This document shows, in pieces, positions 11,381 through 24,943 of a stretch of DNA of 64,000 bases. Under the pieces are notes generated by a model that was not told the origin of the DNA, searched no databases, and worked only from the letters and a program-made list of their open reading frames with translations. Origin of the DNA: Octopus sinensis (taxonomy: Eukaryota); contig NC_043013.1 in assembly GCF_006345805.1 (NCBI RefSeq), positions 18,166,001 through 18,230,000 of the forward strand. The letters run 5' to 3'. The position numbers and the translations under genes were made by a program. How positions within the stretch are numbered: the stretch's first letter is position 1; each line of letters begins with the position of its first letter.

Positions 11381-13149
11381 AAACCTATAATGGGAGGTAT
11401 GGCCTTAGAAGAAGCTGTACCTGAAAAAGGTGGAAGTGTTTTATGTCTACATCACATTGGACAGTGTACTAACATCTGACGGTCAAACCTTGTTCTAGCA
11501 AACACAACCAAATCAGAGAATATATAATTTCATTTTTTTTATGGAAGGGACAGTTTCTGCTGGATGAGGATCCATTCTGCTGCCAATGGTTACTCTAAAA
11601 TAATTTTAGGATGCTGTGGATGATGGTGTACAGGTAGGTACTATGGCTTGTATATCTGTAGAGAGTCATATGCAACAACACTGAACAGATATATGTGCTA
11701 TAAATAAAGGATAACTGTAGCTAATGTTTTTTGACCATGTCACAGTCCTAGGTCAAGCAGAGATAGAAGATAAGTATTTGGTATCTGGAAAATTCTCTAC
11801 AGTTTAGAAATTTGACAATATGGTCAGTGGAAAGTCAACCCTCACATTCTATAAAGGTTAATGGAAAGTGTAAGTTATTCAGGGTGTTGATAAGGACAGT
11901 TGAAGAAGTATCTTTTGTTGGGCTTTCAAGTTAGAAAGGAAAATTTTGAAAAGTTCTGGATCTAGCAATGCTTCACAAGGGCTTTGTCTGTTTTACATAA
12001 ATTCCATAGGTTTGCTATACAGTCAGCAGCTAAACCTGAGGTGCACTCCAGGTGGTGAAACTGCCTGGCACAATCTCATTAGTACCTGTACATTGATTAC
12101 ATTGTAGAACATGATTCTTTGTCCTTGGGTAGCAACTGTTATTTCCTATTTATTTATTCCAGAAAGCATGAGAAATGGCTAATATTTCCTTCAAACTTTG
12201 CTTTTGTTACATTTATTCAAACTCCAGAGAATCCCTCTCAACACATGGCTATGATGCTCTAACACTACTCCTGTGCATGATCAGAGATGCACATATTGTC
12301 AGCCACTGAGGGACATGCTTGAGTGGTTAAGGTTAAACAACTGACAAACAAATCTGTGATATTGAGCAGAATATTTGCTATAACAATATTTCTGCTTCAG
12401 CAAGTCAGTGCTGAATCTGTCTGAAATGTAATGGAAAAAATTGATGTCCAGGTCATAAAAGCAAAGTTCTAAGGAAATAGTGGTCATTTCCTTTGATTTC
12501 TAGATAGAAGCAAATAGGAAATAACACTTACTGACCAAAGACCAAAACAAAGAACATTTTTAAATAGAAATATATGTTCTGTTACAGAGTGTTATTTGTA
12601 GGTGTATGTTGAACATCAGTTATCATGTGTGGAATGGATCCAGCTGTTAGTTGAGTCCATTGTGAAGACCATCCCTACAACCTTCCTCAGGCAAAGAAGA
12701 ACAGGAAGGGCTATGATAAATGAAATCATGTCGTGGACATAGTTGAGGAGTTTGAGGACAGAGCTTTTTGTCTCCAGTAAGCCCTTATCAATTTCTTCAA
12801 GTAACACTTATAAAGGATTGTGATAATAGAGGGGATCTTAATGGAATGTGGATGGGAATAGTAAAATGGGTCCATGCAAACTACATGACTGCAGGTTGGT
12901 GGCAAGGACTGGGAGACTGTACTTGTTCCTGGTGTGTCAGGATAACCAGAGGTTATGTGGGGTTCCCTCACTCAGCAAGGCCTGAGAGGAGTACTTGTAT
13001 AAGGGTAATTTGAAGTTGTGGACAGGGTGTCTTGACTAAGCCTATGTGGTACCCCCACCCCATTTTAGGGGTCCTAGTTCTTATTTCATTGTTCTACAAT
13101 ATTATTTCTATTTATTATTTATTTATGTTTGTACACACCCCTGGTTGTG

Positions 13150-13445
13150 TCAACAGTAAAGGTAGGGCAGATGGACTCTGTCTGAATATACCTCTGCCGG
13201 TGACCACAGCAGTGGTAAGACAAGAGAGTATGTCTGTCTATACCAATGGTAGTGTTTACAACAGAGGTAGAACAGTGGAGAGTATGTTAGTCCATGCACT
13301 CGATAATGTCCACAACAGAGTATGTCAGTTTATACCCAGTTTATATGTCTGTAACAAAGGTAGGGTAGATGGACCCTGTCTGAACATACTTCTGGTGGTG
13401 ATGACAAAAGTAAGGCAGGAGTACTATGTCTGTATATACCTCTGA
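13150..13445. repeat. ~90-bp direct repeat, copies ~200 bp apart
   Basis: AAAGGTAGGG.AGATGGAC.CTGTCTGAA.ATAC.TCTG at ~13158 and ~13356. Confidence 0.7.
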
Positions 13446-13769
13446 TAGTCTGAAGGTTTACATGTTTGGGGTTAATAAGGATGATGATGCTGATATTTTA
13501 ATGAGTTGTGTTAGAGCTGACTGAGTGGGAGAGTTTAGTGTAGTTAGGGTTAGTGCTGAAGTAGTATTGTTTTGGATGTTGTTGTAGTAGTGGATGTGTG
13601 GCATTGTAAGTCTACAAGGTTATTGTTGATCAAAACAACAACTGAGGCTACAGCCATGACAACATCAACATTATTGCTATTATAATTCTGACAACTTAGT
13701 AATTTCTGTCTCACGGTTTGACTTGAACAACCAAAGCTCATTCAGATTCAAACTAACTGGCCATTCATA

Positions 13770-14065
13770 CTAAACACTGACCCCTCAGTCCTCCAAAGTT
13801 GTCCACTCACCATCTCTTTTGTTTATTTTGTGACTGGAACCATTGTTGCTGGGACTGGAGACATTAAAGGGCATCCTGCTAAAACTGAGGACACACAAAG
13901 GCCTGGTCAGTAGTACCAGGGATCAAATGGAACATGCATTAACTGAGACAAGTCTTAGTGAACTTGTTGACTTAGTGACTGGACACAGCAACCTCTGTTG
14001 TTAGACACAGAGTTCAGTTAGGGTGCTTGAAGTTCAGTTTGGACCACACCTCAGGTGGAGAAAAA
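13770..14065. repeat. Unclassified dispersed repeat, copy 2
   Basis: See 11080-11380. Confidence 0.7.
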
Positions 14066-14096
14066 TTGCTAAGAGGGTAAAAATATATTATTTCTT

Positions 14097-14327
14097 ATTT
14101 CTTTATTGCCCACAAGGGGCTAAACATAGAGGGAACAAACAAGGACAGACAAAGGGATTAAGTCGATTACATTGACCCCAGTGCGTAACTGGTACTTAAT
14201 TTATCAACCCCGAAAGAATGAAAGGCAAAGTCGACTGCGGCGGAATTTGAACTCAGAACGTAACGGCAGACAAAATACCACTAAGCATTTCACCTGGCGT
14301 GCTAACAGTTCTGCCAGCTCGCCGCCT
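14097..14327 (-). mobile_element. tRNA-derived SINE, family B, full length
   Basis: Minus: GGCGGCGAGCTGGCAGAA (box A-like), GAGTTCAAATTCC (box B), central GTCGACTTTGCCTTTCATYCTTTCGGGGT.GATAAATTAAGTACCAG, tail GCCCCTTGTGGGCAATAAAGAAAT. Confidence 0.9.
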
Positions 14328-14629
14328 TCTATAATTTCTACGTACTTAACTGCCATGCTAGATATAATAGTCAAATCCCTCTCAGATCAACACCATACTG
14401 TCTACATAAAAAGGACACATTATATAATGCAGTCCTAAATACACAAACACCGATTATAATTAAAAAAATACATGTAGATCATTGTAGGTGCAACACCTTT
14501 AACTAAAGGTCTGCAGGATCAAGGTTGGTTTGGGATTAAACAACAACAAAATGTTGATCAAGACAGGATTAAGCAAGAAGCAAATTCTAGCATATCATCA
14601 TCATCATCATCATCATCATCATTATTAAG

Positions 14630-15210
14630 GCAATGAGTTGATAGAATCATTACCACACTAGGAAAAATGCTTGGTAGCATTTCTTCCAACTTTATGCTCT
14701 GAATTCTACTGCGGTTGACTTGGCCTTTCATCCTTTTGGGGCTGATAAAGTAAGAACCTGTTGAGCACTGGGGTTGTTGTTGTCAATGAACATCCCCCCC
14801 CCTCAAATTCCAGGTATTGTACCTACAGTAGAAAGAATCATTATTATTATTATTTAGGGTAGTGGCACGGCAGAATTGTTAGAGTGTTGAACAAAATATG
14901 TCTTGTAGTATTTCTTTTAACTCTTTTACATTCTGAGTTCAAATCTTGCTGGGGTCAATTTTGCCTTTCATTTGTCTGTGGTACATCAAATAAAGTACCA
15001 GTCAAGTATTAGGGTCAATGGTATCAACTAATCCCCTACCATCAAAACTGCTGGTCTTGCCTTTGCACTCTGAGTTCAAATTCCGCCAAAGTCAACTTTG
15101 CCTTTCATCCTTTCAGGTTCGATGAAATAATTACCAGTTGAACAACTGAGTTCGATGTAATTGACCTAACCCCTCCCCCGAAATTGCTGGACTTGTACCA
15201 AAATTTAAAA
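14630..15210 (+). mobile_element. Tandem cluster of degenerate family-B SINEs
   Basis: Three successive CTGAGTTCAAAT...TTTGCCTTTCAT blocks separated by (ATT)n. Confidence 0.75.
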
Positions 15211-15328
15211 CCATTATTATTATTGTTACTATTGTTGTTGTTGTTGTTAACCACTGAGATCAACTTTTAATCCTCTTGAGGTCAATAGAATTAAGTACAA
15301 GTTCGCTACTGGTGTCAATGGTGTAGAC

Positions 15329-15646
15329 CAGGCCTGGCCAACCTGAGGCCTGTGGGCCGCAGACACTTATCTTGCAGCCCACTTGATACTTTCTTGAAAT
15401 GGGTTTATTTAAAGAAACATTAAAAAAAATTTCATCAAAAATTAGAGATTGTAAAAAACAGAAAGGTACAACTGTTTTTGCAACAATATTTCATGCTAAA
15501 TTAACGATCATTCATTATTGTAATAACAGTATGAGAAAGCAAAATGTTTTCAGTTCTGTCAGCAGTGCTCAAGTATACAAGTGGCCTTCAAAAATCTTTC
15601 TGCAATTGAAGGGGCCCTGCAATGTAATTTGAGTTGGCCAGGCCTG
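15329..15646. mobile_element. hAT (Charlie-like) MITE
   Basis: 14-bp TIRs CAGGCCTGGCCAAC / GTTGGCCAGGCCTG; perfect 8-bp TSD GTGTAGAC at 15321-15328 and 15647-15654. Confidence 0.92.
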
Positions 15647-15654
15647 GTGTAGAC

Positions 15655-15879
15655 CATTGGTTCTCATCCGGGGTCCATATAAGATTTTGCTGTTAAAATT
15701 AATGTGTAAAAGATTGCTTATACTTCTGCAACACACAAAATATATTAACTTTTCAATACAATTCCTAATACTAAATTAATCATAAAAATACAGTAGAATG
15801 ATTGAATGGCTAAGGGGGTCCACCTGAGTAAAACAGGTCTCAAGGGGATCCATAGGCAAAAAATGGATGAGGTCCATTG
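15655..15879. mobile_element. Older hAT MITE
   Basis: Degenerate TIRs CATTGGTTCTCATCC / GGATGAGGTCCATTG; related right end at 48345-48418 (...GTTGAGAAACACTG). Confidence 0.7.
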
Positions 15880-15949
15880 GCAGAGACAAACCACATCTTG
15901 TGGTTAAATAGAAACAATCTATTATTATTATTATCGTTATTATTATTTC

Positions 15950-16100
15950 GTTCTGAGTTCAAATTCTGCCGAGGTCGACTTTACCTTTCATCTTTTCGGG
16001 GTTAATAAATTAAGTGCCAGTGAAACACTGGGCTTGATGTAATCGACTAGAGCCCTCCCCTGAATTTCAGGCCTTGTGCCAATAGTAGAAAGGATTATTA
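15950..16100 (+). mobile_element. SINE family B, 5'-truncated
   Basis: TTCTGAGTTCAAATTCTGCCGAGGTCGACTTTACCTTTCATC... Confidence 0.8.
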
Positions 16101-16190
16101 TCATTTTTTAGTTGTTTATACTGTTTTTCGTAACCTGATTTTACTTACGAAATTTGTTTAGAAACAAATTTCAAGATCTGCTAATGATGG

Positions 16191-16231
<41 letters not shown>

Positions 16232-17158
16232 GTATACACACACATATATACATGGACGCGTGCACACACATGTATGTGTACATATATAAATATATTTATA
16301 AATATATACACACGAGCTTGAATGTGCTTGTGCATGTAGATGTGTGTGTAAACAAGAAAGACAGCGTACCTGTTTTAGAGAGATAAGGAAAGAAAAGGCG
16401 GGAGAGAGAGATAGAGAGAAAGGAGAAAAGACTAAGAGATATGAAAAACAGTATCAGGTTGTTGTTGTTGTTGTTGTTAGCCAATAATACAGTTCACCTA
16501 TCTAGTTATGAAAACCCACATTGTAAATCCTCCACCACCACCACTACCACCATTATGACTGACTCCATCAACAATATCGACATACAGCAATAACAACAGC
16601 TATTGATGTGGTTTATTGAGGTGATGACAGCAGCTCAACTCAGGTTTTGCCTTTCAAGACCTTAAAGGTAAAGACAGACAGGCTAAGTAACAACAAAGCG
16701 ATTGGGGTGGACATACACGTACTATTATTATGTCATTGAAAGACTGGGGGGTACACACAATACATATATATGCAGACAGACACACTTATATTCATGTGTA
16801 TATATGTATATATATATACATATAATACACACATTCACGTGTGTGTGTGTGTGTGTATATATATGTATGTATATGCATAAATGTATGTATGTATATATAA
16901 ATATATATACATACATACATACATACACATACACACACAGTTTAATAAAATAGATTTAATATATATTCTATCAGATACTTCATCAATCAGTTCCACATAG
17001 GGGCTGAGATAACCCCTGTATGAAAACGACTATATATATATTTATATATAACAACAACAATAACAATAGTAATAAATAATAACAAAAACAATGATGATAA
17101 TATATACCCATTCTATATAACCAATATCGGTGCCTGCTTTTTCTGACTCATTTCTCGA

Positions 17159-17253
<95 letters not shown>

Positions 17254-17539
17254 CATACTATACACACACACAACTAGAAATACACATACACACAGTTGCC
17301 AACCATAATTTTGTTTGACTCCATTAAAGCATCCCTGCTCTATCGCCAGTCCCCCTACCTCTTCCCCCCTGCACACGCACATGTCTGTATATGTATCGAT
17401 CTTTATAGATTAGGGTCCAGTCATGCCCCCCCCCTCTTCTACCCCCCCCACCACTAACATCATCAGTCAGCCATTAAGGAGAAACTATTACACACTGTTA
17501 TGGCAAAGTTCCGCAATTTATCGATTTCTACGAGAGGCA

Positions 17540-18710
17540 CAAGAGCCAAAAATATTCGAGGAAGAAGGCTGTACGCGCCATTAGATCAACCCCAGTATAT
17601 AACTGGTATTTAATCGAGCCAATGGAGAAAAGAAACTTTACATAGTCACTCAACCTGCTAGTAATAACAGCCAAATTTCTCACAACCACACTACTGTTTT
17701 AAAAGGGAAATGACATTTTTTTTTTTGTTATAGGTTCTTTACTTTTCTGGAGCTGAACAACAAGAAATATATATAGGCACATGACAAGCTAAAAATAGCA
17801 ACTAAATCTCCTACTATACCTAGGAAACACTGATCGGATATTGCTAAGTTACAGTATACCTAGAAAATAAGTCAGGACATATTGGTAATGTAAGTACTAC
17901 ATACAAAATGCCAAGAGACAAACATTGAGGTGGTCATGGCTGGGAAGCCTTTGATTCATTACTCTGCTCAATCAGGGCTAACGCGGGGTCAACTTAAAGG
18001 ACACATTGGGATCATTTGTGCTTGTATTGGTTAGGTCTGGAGGAAGGGGCTATGTCTTTGACCTTCATAGGTCCTCCAAGTGGTTCTGGCTGACCTGGGG
18101 GTTAAACTATACTATCGCAAAGGATAGAACCTTTGCGCGGCCAGTTGGCCTTTTAGAAATAACAGTTAAATCATATCTTAAGGTAAACATTCTATAATGT
18201 GCCCGTAGATACACCCATTGCGAGCAAAAACATAAAAATAGAGACGGTCACGGTTGGATCGCTTGTTCGATCTGGTTTCACACATTAGACAACTTAAACA
18301 GTTGTTGCTGTTTAGCTACAGGTCATCATTGACCCTTGACATATCATTAAAGGCGTTCCAGCTGCGATCATCTCATCTTTTTTTGGCAGTATTTAGGAGA
18401 TTGTATGAGCTACTGTGCACTTATTAAATATGATAGTAGTGTACGACCCAAGTGAGATTTGGCTGCTATTTCTAGCTGGTTCGCTGGTGAATTAAGATAA
18501 TGTTCGCCCGGTCGCACTGACCCTTCTTTCCTGTAAGACCATTTCCCACCTCTTTAAGTAACAATGAAGTCGCCCTCAAATTATAAGTTACACTCCAAGA
18601 GAAGGACCACCGTTCTCCAATACACATAATGCATAAGACATAATAATGGTCGCAACTGGAAGGGTTTTGATCATAGATCTGGTGGATCAGTTAGCCTGGG
18701 GCTAAACAGT
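17540..18710. mobile_element. Cluster of an unclassified short interspersed repeat (CTAGAAATAGCAGCCAAATCTC family)
   Basis: CTAGAAATAACAGCCAAAT and GGTCA.GGCTGG motifs recur in both orientations here and at ~6430, ~8220, ~11035, ~14360, ~23670, ~29765. Confidence 0.6.
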
Positions 18711-18794
18711 ATACATTTTCATTAAATTCATGTTTATGTATGTACACACACATACACGAAAATTTAAGAAACACTACACTTGACAGGAAGGACT

Positions 18795-18901
18795 CTATAC
18801 ACACAATATATATATATATACACATATTATATATATAATACACATATATATATATATACACACATATATATATATATACACACATATATATATATATACA
18901 C

Positions 18902-18936
<35 letters not shown>

Positions 18937-18992
18937 CACATATATATATATACACACACACACATATATATATACACACACACATATATATA

Positions 18993-19037
<45 letters not shown>

Positions 19038-19500
19038 TATATATATATACACACACACATATATATATATATATCACACACATATATATATATAACACAC
19101 ACATTATATATATATACACACATATATATATATACACACATATATATATATACCACATATATATATATAACACACATATATATATATTACACATATATAT
19201 ATATATATACACACACATATATATATATTATACACACACATATATATATATATATACACACATATATATATATACACACACATATATATATATACAACAC
19301 ACATATATATATATATACACATATATATATATAATACACACATATATATATATATACACACATATATATATATACACACATATATATATATATACACATA
19401 TATATATATATACACATATAGATATATATATATATATATTATATATATACACCACACATATATATATATATATATATATCTATATATATATATATTTCAT
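18795..19500. repeat. Long compound (TA)n/(CA)n microsatellite
   Basis: Directly visible; source of several spurious YI/VC ORFs. Confidence 0.95.
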
Positions 19501-20347
19501 GCATACACACTGTCCAAGTCAGTAAATAAATAGAAATTACCGAGATTTTAATCGGTTCGCAAACCTGATATTATGTAAGCTCCAAATACACACACACACT
19601 CATTTCTGTCTATCTATCGATCGGTTCGCATACACACACACACATTTCTATATAAACACAAACCATATTCTGTATACACACATCTTATAACAGTCATTAT
19701 ACGCGCGCACACACACACACGTACACAGACACACAAACACATTGCCATATAACACAAACAGTTGTGTTTACATGTTACAAAGTGAAAGCTACTGACAGAA
19801 AGAGAGAGAGAGAGAGAGAGATAGAGAAAAGAGTGCCAGAATACCAGAAAGAAAGAGAGAGACTACAGAGAGAGAGAGAGGGTGGCTGGTGGGAGAGTAG
19901 ACATGTGAATCAGTGTCACATTTCTACTTTCATCATCATCATCATCAACGTATTCTCATCTCTCTCTCTCCCTATTATAGCTTTCGCTTTATCCAAGCAT
20001 GTAAACATATATGTCGGGGGTTTTTTTTATCGATCATAGATTTACCCATAATATATTTAATTCCACATATACAATTAATTTGTATATATACACAGATATA
20101 ATTATTTCATAAATAAATAAATATATATATACATACATACATGCACACACAAAAAACGTAGGCATTTCATTCAATATACATTTCTTTCATTCCAAACACA
20201 CACACATATATATATATATAAAATTTATCTGAATTGAAAACTTAATAAGGATTATTTAAGAAAAGGATATAAAAAACCGAACAAGAATTCAATCAAAGAG
20301 GTGACACGCAAACTTGAAATGGTCTGTAATAATGACACCAAAATCGA

Positions 20348-20392
<45 letters not shown>

Positions 20393-21107
20393 TACATTGA
20401 AACGATTGATTGTAAAGTCTATTAAAGATGTTTCAACTACAAAATTCACTGACATTCACCAAGGTAAATAGTCTTTCCCATTCAATGTTTGTGTGGATTT
20501 GAATGGGTTGACGGTACAGAATAGGGGCATTTATATTTACACAGACGTTATATACAGACTACCTAGATATTATACAATATATACGCATACATTTGAAATA
20601 TCCACAATTATAAACACAGTTCCTATATATATGTATATACACATACACACACCTACATACAGTGTGTGTATATGTAGGTGTGTGTGTTTATATGCTAACC
20701 GGTGGGTTTAATTTATTACTCTATAAACAAGTAACTATGTACGTGTTATTAGACAAATTACTGACATATATAATACATATGTAATATCACCTATACTGTA
20801 TAATATTGCCTGCGTTTGATAGTGTTTATATATATATATATATATTTTCTTAAGGAGAATGAGAGATAAATATATAGGTATAAGCGATAGAGAGATAAAT
20901 AAATATAAAGATAGAAAGAGAGATAAAAGTGTAGGAAGGCAAAGGAAGCGAATAATCTTTTAATAAACAATAACACTAATCCGGAGATGACAGTAATGAA
21001 ATATTCTGGCTGCTTTCCACGGTTTAAAATAACAACAACAATCATATTAGAACAATAATTAATTAAGGAATTAATAAATAAGTATCTAAGAATGCCTGTG
21101 TACTCAC

Positions 21108-21151
21108 GCAGAATTGCCAACTACATCGTTGCTGTCAGCCAAGACAGACAT
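21108..21151 (-). CDS. Probable first coding exon, MSVLADSNDVVGNS + GC (phase 2); product unknown
   Basis: TAG AAA ATG (in-frame stop just upstream, AAA-ATG context) at 21149-21151; strong donor TGC|GTGAGTA at 21108/21107; CpG-containing unique sequence upstream. Confidence 0.5.
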
Positions 21152-21500
21152 TTTCTAACTTCTCTCAGGTAATAATATATTGATAATATGGTCCCATATC
21201 GTCGCTCGGATTTTGCCAAATTCTCCTCTTTCTGCTGCTGCAACTGTGTAATACAGATTTTTTGGGGCTTCTTCTTCGTTCTTCCTATCCTTCAACCTTC
21301 TAATTCTGCTTCTCCTTCCTTCTTCTTCCCCTTCTAGTTCCTCTCTTTCGCTTCTACTTCTTAATTTCCCCGACAAACTTCACCAAGACGTGGCTGCAAC
21401 TGTCGTTTCTGTTGCAAAACAGGCGCACCACTCACACATTATCTATCTATCGAATTTACACGTGCCGCTCCAAGATGCATATAGACATACACACATCCGT
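21152..21500 (-). promoter_or_regulatory. Putative 5'UTR / promoter-proximal region
   Basis: Purine-rich leader on minus strand, locally more CpG (e.g. 21380-21480) than the surrounding DNA. Confidence 0.35.
21165..21197 (-). other. uORF MGPYYQYIIT* ending 13 nt before the main ATG
   Basis: ATG 21195-21197, TGA 21165-21167; meaningful only if the exon call is right. Confidence 0.35.
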
Positions 21501-22179
21501 GTATCGATATTTCATATATACATACATATATATGAAACACTAATCTCATACGCTTCTCTCGCTATATTATAATAGCAATAATATAACAATAAACACTAAG
21601 TGTTTTCTGTCTGTCTGTCTCTCTCTATCTATATATACTCACACACAATAAACACTAGCAGTTACAATCTCTTCTTGCCTGTCTCTATCTTTCTTCCTCA
21701 CAACTCCACTGGATATATAAAAAAAAATTTGTTTGCGTCTTCTTTCATTTGAATTAAACACGCTACACTCCTCTCACACGCAACGTCTTCCTCATATCCC
21801 CCCCCCACCACCACCATTGATACAGTAACGAAATAAAGTAATAAATTAAAAGATATATATATTTATATAATTGTTAATTATTTTTCGGCCTTTAATTGCA
21901 ATTTTTAAACGTAGTCCTTAAGCAGAAAAAAAAGTGAATGAAAGTGGGTGGGTGGGGGGAGGGGAACAAAAATAAACAAACACACACATACGGTTATTGC
22001 AGGAAGACGAAGCAAGGCAAATCCAGAAAAACAAAAATACCAAAAACCAAGTCTTCGTATAAAACAAAAATAATTAATTATAGTGTTTATAATTATAATA
22101 AAAATGTTTTTTTTTAATTTTGCGGTAACCCTGTCCCCTCCTTTTACAGGAATCTTTAGGCAGTGAATGTGATGGGGGT

Positions 22180-22967
22180 GTTGGTGGAGGGAGGGAGAGA
22201 GAGAGAGAGAGAGACTGTAATATTAATAGGAAGATGAGAGGGAAAACGGATAGATAGATAGAAAGACGCAATAGAAAGAGGTGAAAAGGAAAGTGATGAG
22301 GAAGAGAAAGAGATTAGAGAGGAGTACGGAGGAGGGAGAAAGAGGGGGAATAAGAAGTAAGCAGGAGGAGAAGGAAGAGAAAGGGAAGAGGGGGTTGAAA
22401 AAGGGAGAGTGAGATAGAGGACAGGTGTCGAGAAGAGAAAGACTAAGAGAGAGGAAGGGGAAGATGAAATAGCGTAAGGGAACCCTCTCTCTATCTCAGC
22501 TCTTCCCTTTCTCTGCTCCTTACGTTTATAGTAAGAGTGATAGGATGAGAAGATTGAGTGTAGACTTGAGTGTGAGTGGTCAGTGCAGGAGACAACCACT
22601 TGCTCTGTTAGTAGTAATAGTAATGAAACTGAGTCGGTTTAGTTGATGGTGAGGTGGGATAGGGGTGGAATTGATGGTAGCAGTTGTGGTGGTGGTGGTG
22701 TCGGTGATAGCGAATATAGTGGTGACGGTGGTTTGTTCTGACCCAGTTCTCGCACGGATGGAGATAGATCAGCTAGTGCGTGTCGGAGGCGAAGGAAGAG
22801 GAGGAAAGAAGACTACGAGAGAGAGAGAGAGGAAGGAAAATTGGTGAGGAAGAGAAATAAGTGAAAGGAAGAGAACAACAGTAAAGAGAAAGAGAGTGAG
22901 TGAAGAGAAATAAGGAATAAGACAGAGGGGGAGGAAATAAAGAATCAATGGGGAAAAAGGGAAACAG

Positions 22968-23003
<36 letters not shown>

Positions 23004-23250
23004 GAACATGAGGAGAAAAGAACAAGTGGGAGAAAGATAGAAAGAATAGGGAAGAAGGGGAGGAGAAAGATATAGGAGAGGGTGAAAAGAGGAGAGAAAA
23101 AAAGACTGAATGAAAGGAGTAAGGGAAGATAAGGAAGGAACAAGAGAGAAAGAAGAGAAAAAACAACGAAGAAAATGGGAGGAAAAGGGTAAGAGAGAAG
23201 GAAGAAAAAGAAGAGTAAGAACGATGAAGTGGGAGGAGGAGGAGGAGTAA
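22180..23250 (+). repeat. ~1-kb purine-rich (GA) low-complexity tract
   Basis: Strong strand asymmetry; source of S/L/F-rich antisense ORFs. Confidence 0.9.
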
Positions 23251-23479
23251 AAGGTGTGTTTAGCTCCTGACCAACGCTGACGAAGGTGACCAGATCTTAT
23301 TTGCGTTTCCTTCACTTTTGAAGACCTGTTTATATCCTTCCTTCACCTTTGGCTGTTATGTCTAGCAGGCGGTACGTGACCACATAAGGTCGTATTTTTG
23401 TGTGTGTTTCACAGGTGGGCAGTTGTCATAGTAATTTTAAACAGGAGCGAGTTAGCGCAAGGTTGGGTGACGAGTATAT

Positions 23480-23514
23480 TATAAAGGCGCGAGGAGTTAC
23501 ACACTTACTCAGAA
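23480..23514 (+). promoter_or_regulatory. TATA box with Inr-like motif at canonical spacing
   Basis: TATAAAG 23480-23486; TCAG with A at 23511 (31 nt downstream); CpG-containing flanks. Confidence 0.2.
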
Positions 23515-24783
23515 AAAAAAACTATTTTAACTCCATAGTTATGTATTTACGAATGAGTGGATTAGATCTGAAGGATTAAACAATCTCTCTCTCTCTCTCT
23601 TTTATATCATAAGACTTTTGTCAGTGTGCATGCGAGAGAAATACTACACGAATTGTGGGTGGTACTTCCTGCTAGAAATAACAGCCAAATCTCTCGCAAG
23701 TCATTGTACGCTATTATCCCTATATACACTATATAAGAGAAAAATAAAATAAAGTAAAATAAAACGTGATGGTCACGGCTGGAATATATCTGGTGGATCC
23801 AACTAATCTGGTGGATCCAACAATTTGTTTTTATTTAGGCGCAAGGTCGGCAATTTTAAAGGTAGCAGCTTAATCGATACCATCATCAACTCGATTATTT
23901 TAACCAATATTGAGTTCCTAAATTAATTACTACATACAGGAGACAGTCGTAAAAGTCTGTTTTGCTTCTATTGTCACCGTAAACAAGACAGACGCCTGCG
24001 ACTGTCTCATGTATCTATTAATTGATTAATTAATTAATGAACTCAGTGTTGGCTAAAGTATTTGGGTGTACCTATAGTAACTTTTAGTATGAGAATGAAG
24101 CACTGCTGACAAGTACTCTATTTTAATCGACTGCAGAAGGACGAAAGACAACAAGGATCTTGGACAAGGTGGGACAATATACGGGGTCATTCATTCTGCA
24201 AAGCTGTGACTGGGCAGCAAAGAGAAGGGCAATAAATTTCATTTCTGAAACTGCAGAAAAAGCGACTACTAGATAGTTCTGGATAAAAAAAAAAAAAAAA
24301 GGGTGGACCAGTGGTTTGCTGTTACTAGAACGCAAGCTGGGTCAACTGGGTGAGGAAATCTAATGTTGAAAGATCCGAAACTCCATCTCATCCCAGAAAC
24401 ATCACTGATGATGCATCCTGGAGTTTCGCAAGATGTATCTTGAAACAAAACGAAAATAATCGATCGTAGAGTGATGAAAAGCAAAAACTGACTTTCGCGA
24501 GATTTCAACACAGGACGAAGAGAACCAGAAGAAATGCCACAAATACACTTTTTTTCCGACGCTCTAACAATTCTGTCAATACATCTGGTAACACGCACTC
24601 AGGGAAATTACCGCCAGTTTCACAGAGAAAAATTAAAAAGAAGCGTATTTTTCGGCCTTCAAAATCCTTGAAATGAATTGCTGAAATGTTTTTATTCCTT
24701 TCAACAATTGTTTTGGTAAACGGAGTTTATGAATGACTATTTTTCGGAAATGAATATAAAAACTGAAGAGGGAAGTGTAGTGA

Positions 24784-24831
<48 letters not shown>

Positions 24832-24943
24832 ATAAAAGGAAAGTTTGACAAATGTTAGAGGTTAAGATATATGTTGTCCGGCATAAATACGTACACACAC
24901 ACACACGCATTCACATATTATAGACATTGGTGTGTGTGTGTGC

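Noticed and set aside
12616-12971. Short ORFs vaguely resembling retroelement protein
   Set aside because: No diagnostic motif recognised
13032-13445. 137-aa ORF with internal repeats
   Set aside because: Coincides with a degenerate DNA repeat; no splice signals or recognisable domain
18691-19457. Many 60-210 aa ORFs rich in Y/I, C/V, H/T (also 2282-2595, 8389-8808, 28072-28707, 51398-51849, 53666-54200, 55038-55459, 56245-56818)
   Set aside because: Translations of dinucleotide microsatellites; no coding signal
22156-23315. S/L/F-rich ORFs up to 180 aa on minus
   Set aside because: Antisense reading of the GA-rich tract
24123-24598. GC-richer island with ORFs on both strands and a QQGSWTRW-like peptide
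   Set aside because: Might be a decayed retroelement, but no second motif could be confirmed
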